Shown piece after piece: positions 62,501-64,000 of a stretch of DNA of 64,000 nt. The notes below the pieces were generated by a model that was not told the DNA's origin, made no database searches, and was given only the letters and a program-made list of their open reading frames with translations. Origin of the DNA: Pseudovirgaria hyperparasitica (taxonomy: Eukaryota). Numbering within the stretch: the stretch's first letter is position 1; each line of letters opens with the position of its first letter. The stretch is from the NCBI GenBank assembly GCA_010093815.1, contig ML996570.1. One strand, given 5' to 3'. A program made the translations under genes and the position numbers.

Positions 62501-62782
62501 AAGTGTTGATCCCCGTTTAGCAAGATGACTCCCTTCTGATCTTCGGCTTATGTTGCTCATCGTACGTGGCAGAGCAGTGCTTGCGGTTGTAGTCGTCAGC
62601 CTAGTTGGTGTGACGCCTGCGTGGGCTCGTTCGTACGCAGTGGTAGCGGCGAGAAGAGCTTGCTGCTGTGCTACCCAGGGGTTGACATGATCTGGAATAT
62701 TAGAACGCTGGTTGGGGTTTACCGTCGATACCGACTTCGACCTGCGAAGACGATTGGCGTTCTCGGGAAAGCTCGCAAGCAT
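59594..62782 (-). CDS. Large Ser/Arg-rich hypothetical protein (1062 aa)
   Basis: Uninterrupted ATG-initiated ORF with short conserved-looking islands (LRRSKS, KSRVTSWTDST, RVYSALMK, SPSIYS, SSRDWKAWLSKEV, terminal AFL). No catalytic domain recognised. Confidence 0.85.
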   Translation of the reverse strand: MLASFPENANRLRRSKSVSTVNPNQRSNIPDHVNPWVAQQQALLAATTAYERAHAGVTPTRLTTTTASTALPRTMSNISRRSEGSHLAKRGSTLRYSLEEHPRAHLARRNTVQSSTSNGNLMSGGLPPQIMSHVPSASGPNLRGKMSLTSLATPTRSIASEPVRTGLRKARSMFYASSRQTTDNNEDTCSMTLIDPTLANDTPQKLTALPPFPSHSVIPVQSRPYSATQRYQLDGARSAGRDRSSGIFTPFKKLQSISSRKSSRTEAGSVSFNSVRSTATTPGQEIVQSQPLQHKKSRSLSGNFKDKIMKVFRRTPTITQQEMPAQQVGASRNYYYNSKTTDDTSNVLGDGSRSSRSSLHPSRPGTPPVPRDPSFPHLAMRQGSGSSEGTSSSRSKSRVTSWTDSTAGHAALNDPKRLSIIHEVSRPSIAMPVPTRPTTLLARSVLESELEDDSSSYKRPYPVEPRRVYSALMKEMARKEIEVLEVSKLEFDKDGNPVTSALDSLPSQQHRRSMESGRNEANRMTIRTVSPDEPVSLSRASSVRGRISVPPFDLTDVREESSGDEFPTKPADGCSLYAQSHRNSSSVGRLQRSQRANPPSAEQRAARAERASHRWKSPLDDGHRSLERASNEKVLMASSNSFLDRGQEPTEDCRAVSIDGDGDDFGTPKATHVTYDDSIADGIVLPKSRTPARCVSPSIYSQHTNSQHSFVNMDSVTNLPYAVPKEGAGSAVIITSHPVSCWTIGTPTPTGKRVSHSARSSRDWKAWLSKEVAELEQLASAELAINELDLKQQGHRRERTQISEDDEQSVTSVAPSCMPRLARPRLESRPGSRISSRMNDRFPMIETSRRGSSQSVATLRSVRKKSPSAVTPESISASTTELTKENAPVKRSVSPFPRISRLAARSPRSVGGCMSSGHDTQSATAIPNTPVTPATPSPARARKLGRRISKAKSALEMHAQYSSPDLLRNKMIRKQAGCSPQFEGDTLRMIIEGPYQHAKTPSPLKRVENSPMVSKFSEIGLDDTASVRSHGSSATPGHRLADMFLRQRKSGEVIDDDSVAFL

Positions 62783-63395
62783 CTCCTCTGATGGTAAAAA
62801 GCGTTGAGTACGAAAGGACTTGATCTAATTGATACAGTATCCAATTGAGACAGAAACTATGCGGTGAGCATGAGGAACAAACGTAACCCTGATGGGTAAA
62901 GTGACAAGAAAAAGTCTGTTGAAGAGAGAAGGAAAAACGGCTGCTGTTGACGAGAGACATAAGCAGATACATGGCGTCCAAAGTAGTAACTACCTAAAGA
63001 AGATACACTGAGTTACTCTACTCCTTCTCAATGCGTCCTGGTCTGAAACGCAAGTCCTCTGACTAGACTTGTAGCTTCGTAGTGGAGATCATCAAGTGAA
63101 TTCGACTTCAGATGTAATGGATCTCGGAAAGGGTCGCAGATCACTCATCGCTGTGAGCGATCTCGATTCACTTCCGCTCTGCTACCACTCAACTTGATGA
63201 CATACGCTAGCCAATTGTTGAAACTTCCGTGCAATTCACTAGGACAAGCGGTGTATAATCGAGTGACGATGGAACATTTGCGAGCTCGAATACAAAAACT
63301 CCCAACATCCGGATCTTGTTCCATCTGGGCAATTCAGCCATCGCAATCTTTACACTAGAAGCTCAACCGCAATACCGTGTTGTGATATTTTGGTG

Positions 63396-64000
63396 ATGAA
63401 TCCAACGGCGAGCCAAACAGCAGGTTTTCCTGCGAACAATGCCATTGGGGCTACTTCTAGCAGAGCACGCAATGGAGTCGATGCACTTGAGAGACCGGAA
63501 TCCTCGCCAATCGCAGCCGCAGAAAAGGCCGAGGATAAATTCGTCCTTCAGGCGAAGTCTGACGAGACGGTCAAATCCAGAGCAGGGTTCTCGCATTCGG
63601 GAGCGGCGCTTCCTCCTATGATACCTGTTGAGTTAGCCACCGACGACACAAAGGTAGTCGTCGAACTTTCATCAGACGAAGATGCAAATGTACACTCCAG
63701 CCCAAGTAAGAAGCGACGTACAGCTTCTGGAGATGTGCGATATCACGAGCAGCGCATCAGCACAAGACGCCAAGGACTTGCTACCTCAACCAACAAGTCC
63801 CGAGGACGTGGGCGTCGTTCTGATGCCTCATCCACCACAGACGCTAGCATGAGCACTCGCGATTCGCTTCCTCTAGAGCCAACAACACCTCAGAAACGAC
63901 GTCGTCGTGCAGCCGTATCAAGAACCACCAGCAGCTTCGATGATGAGGATGAGGAATATGATCCGTTGTCTGAACCTAAAACACCACCAAGTATGGGCTT
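63396..64000 (+). CDS. Hypothetical protein, 3' end outside the window
   Basis: The frame from ATG 63396 (MNPTASQ...) stays open for 201 codons to the window end, with NLS-like SPSKKRR and TPQKRRRR. Missing from the ORF track because it has no stop. Confidence 0.65.
   Translation, partial: MNPTASQTAGFPANNAIGATSSRARNGVDALERPESSPIAAAEKAEDKFVLQAKSDETVKSRAGFSHSGAALPPMIPVELATDDTKVVVELSSDEDANVHSSPSKKRRTASGDVRYHEQRISTRRQGLATSTNKSRGRGRRSDASSTTDASMSTRDSLPLEPTTPQKRRRRAAVSRTTSSFDDEDEEYDPLSEPKTPPSMG

Overview
Intron-containing genomic DNA from a filamentous ascomycete (Pezizomycotina), judged from short GT-AG introns with CTRAY branch sites, a Zn2Cys6 factor and RIP-like relics; the species cannot be determined by eye. 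The window holds about 24 protein-coding genes, mostly housekeeping: MFS transporter, catechol O-methyltransferase-like enzyme, Ams2-like GATA factor, SmD2, dihydroxyacetone kinase, GPI-type wall protein, Ybp1-like protein, Lsm3, Clb3/4-type cyclin, Zn2Cys6 factor, a frameshifted transglutaminase-like protein, a two-RRM protein, a DUF6540-like protein, endonuclease III, Hcs1/IGHMBP2 helicase and several hypotheticals. It also holds three pseudogenes that the ORF track shows only as fragments (one Ser/Thr kinase, two APH-like phosphotransferases), a pogo/Fot1 transposase relic and many microsatellites in 43-59 kb. I found no rRNA, tRNA or CRISPR array and no clear new multi-gene system. The most unusual signals are recurring C-rich-to-G-rich skew switches that ignore gene orientation, a microhomology-bounded 75-bp duplication that disables a phosphotransferase, a structured 5'-UTR intron with two candidate acceptors, an isolated 18-bp hairpin, and a single-base frameshift in an otherwise intact gene. 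All exon boundaries and family assignments were made by eye from remembered motifs, not from database searches.
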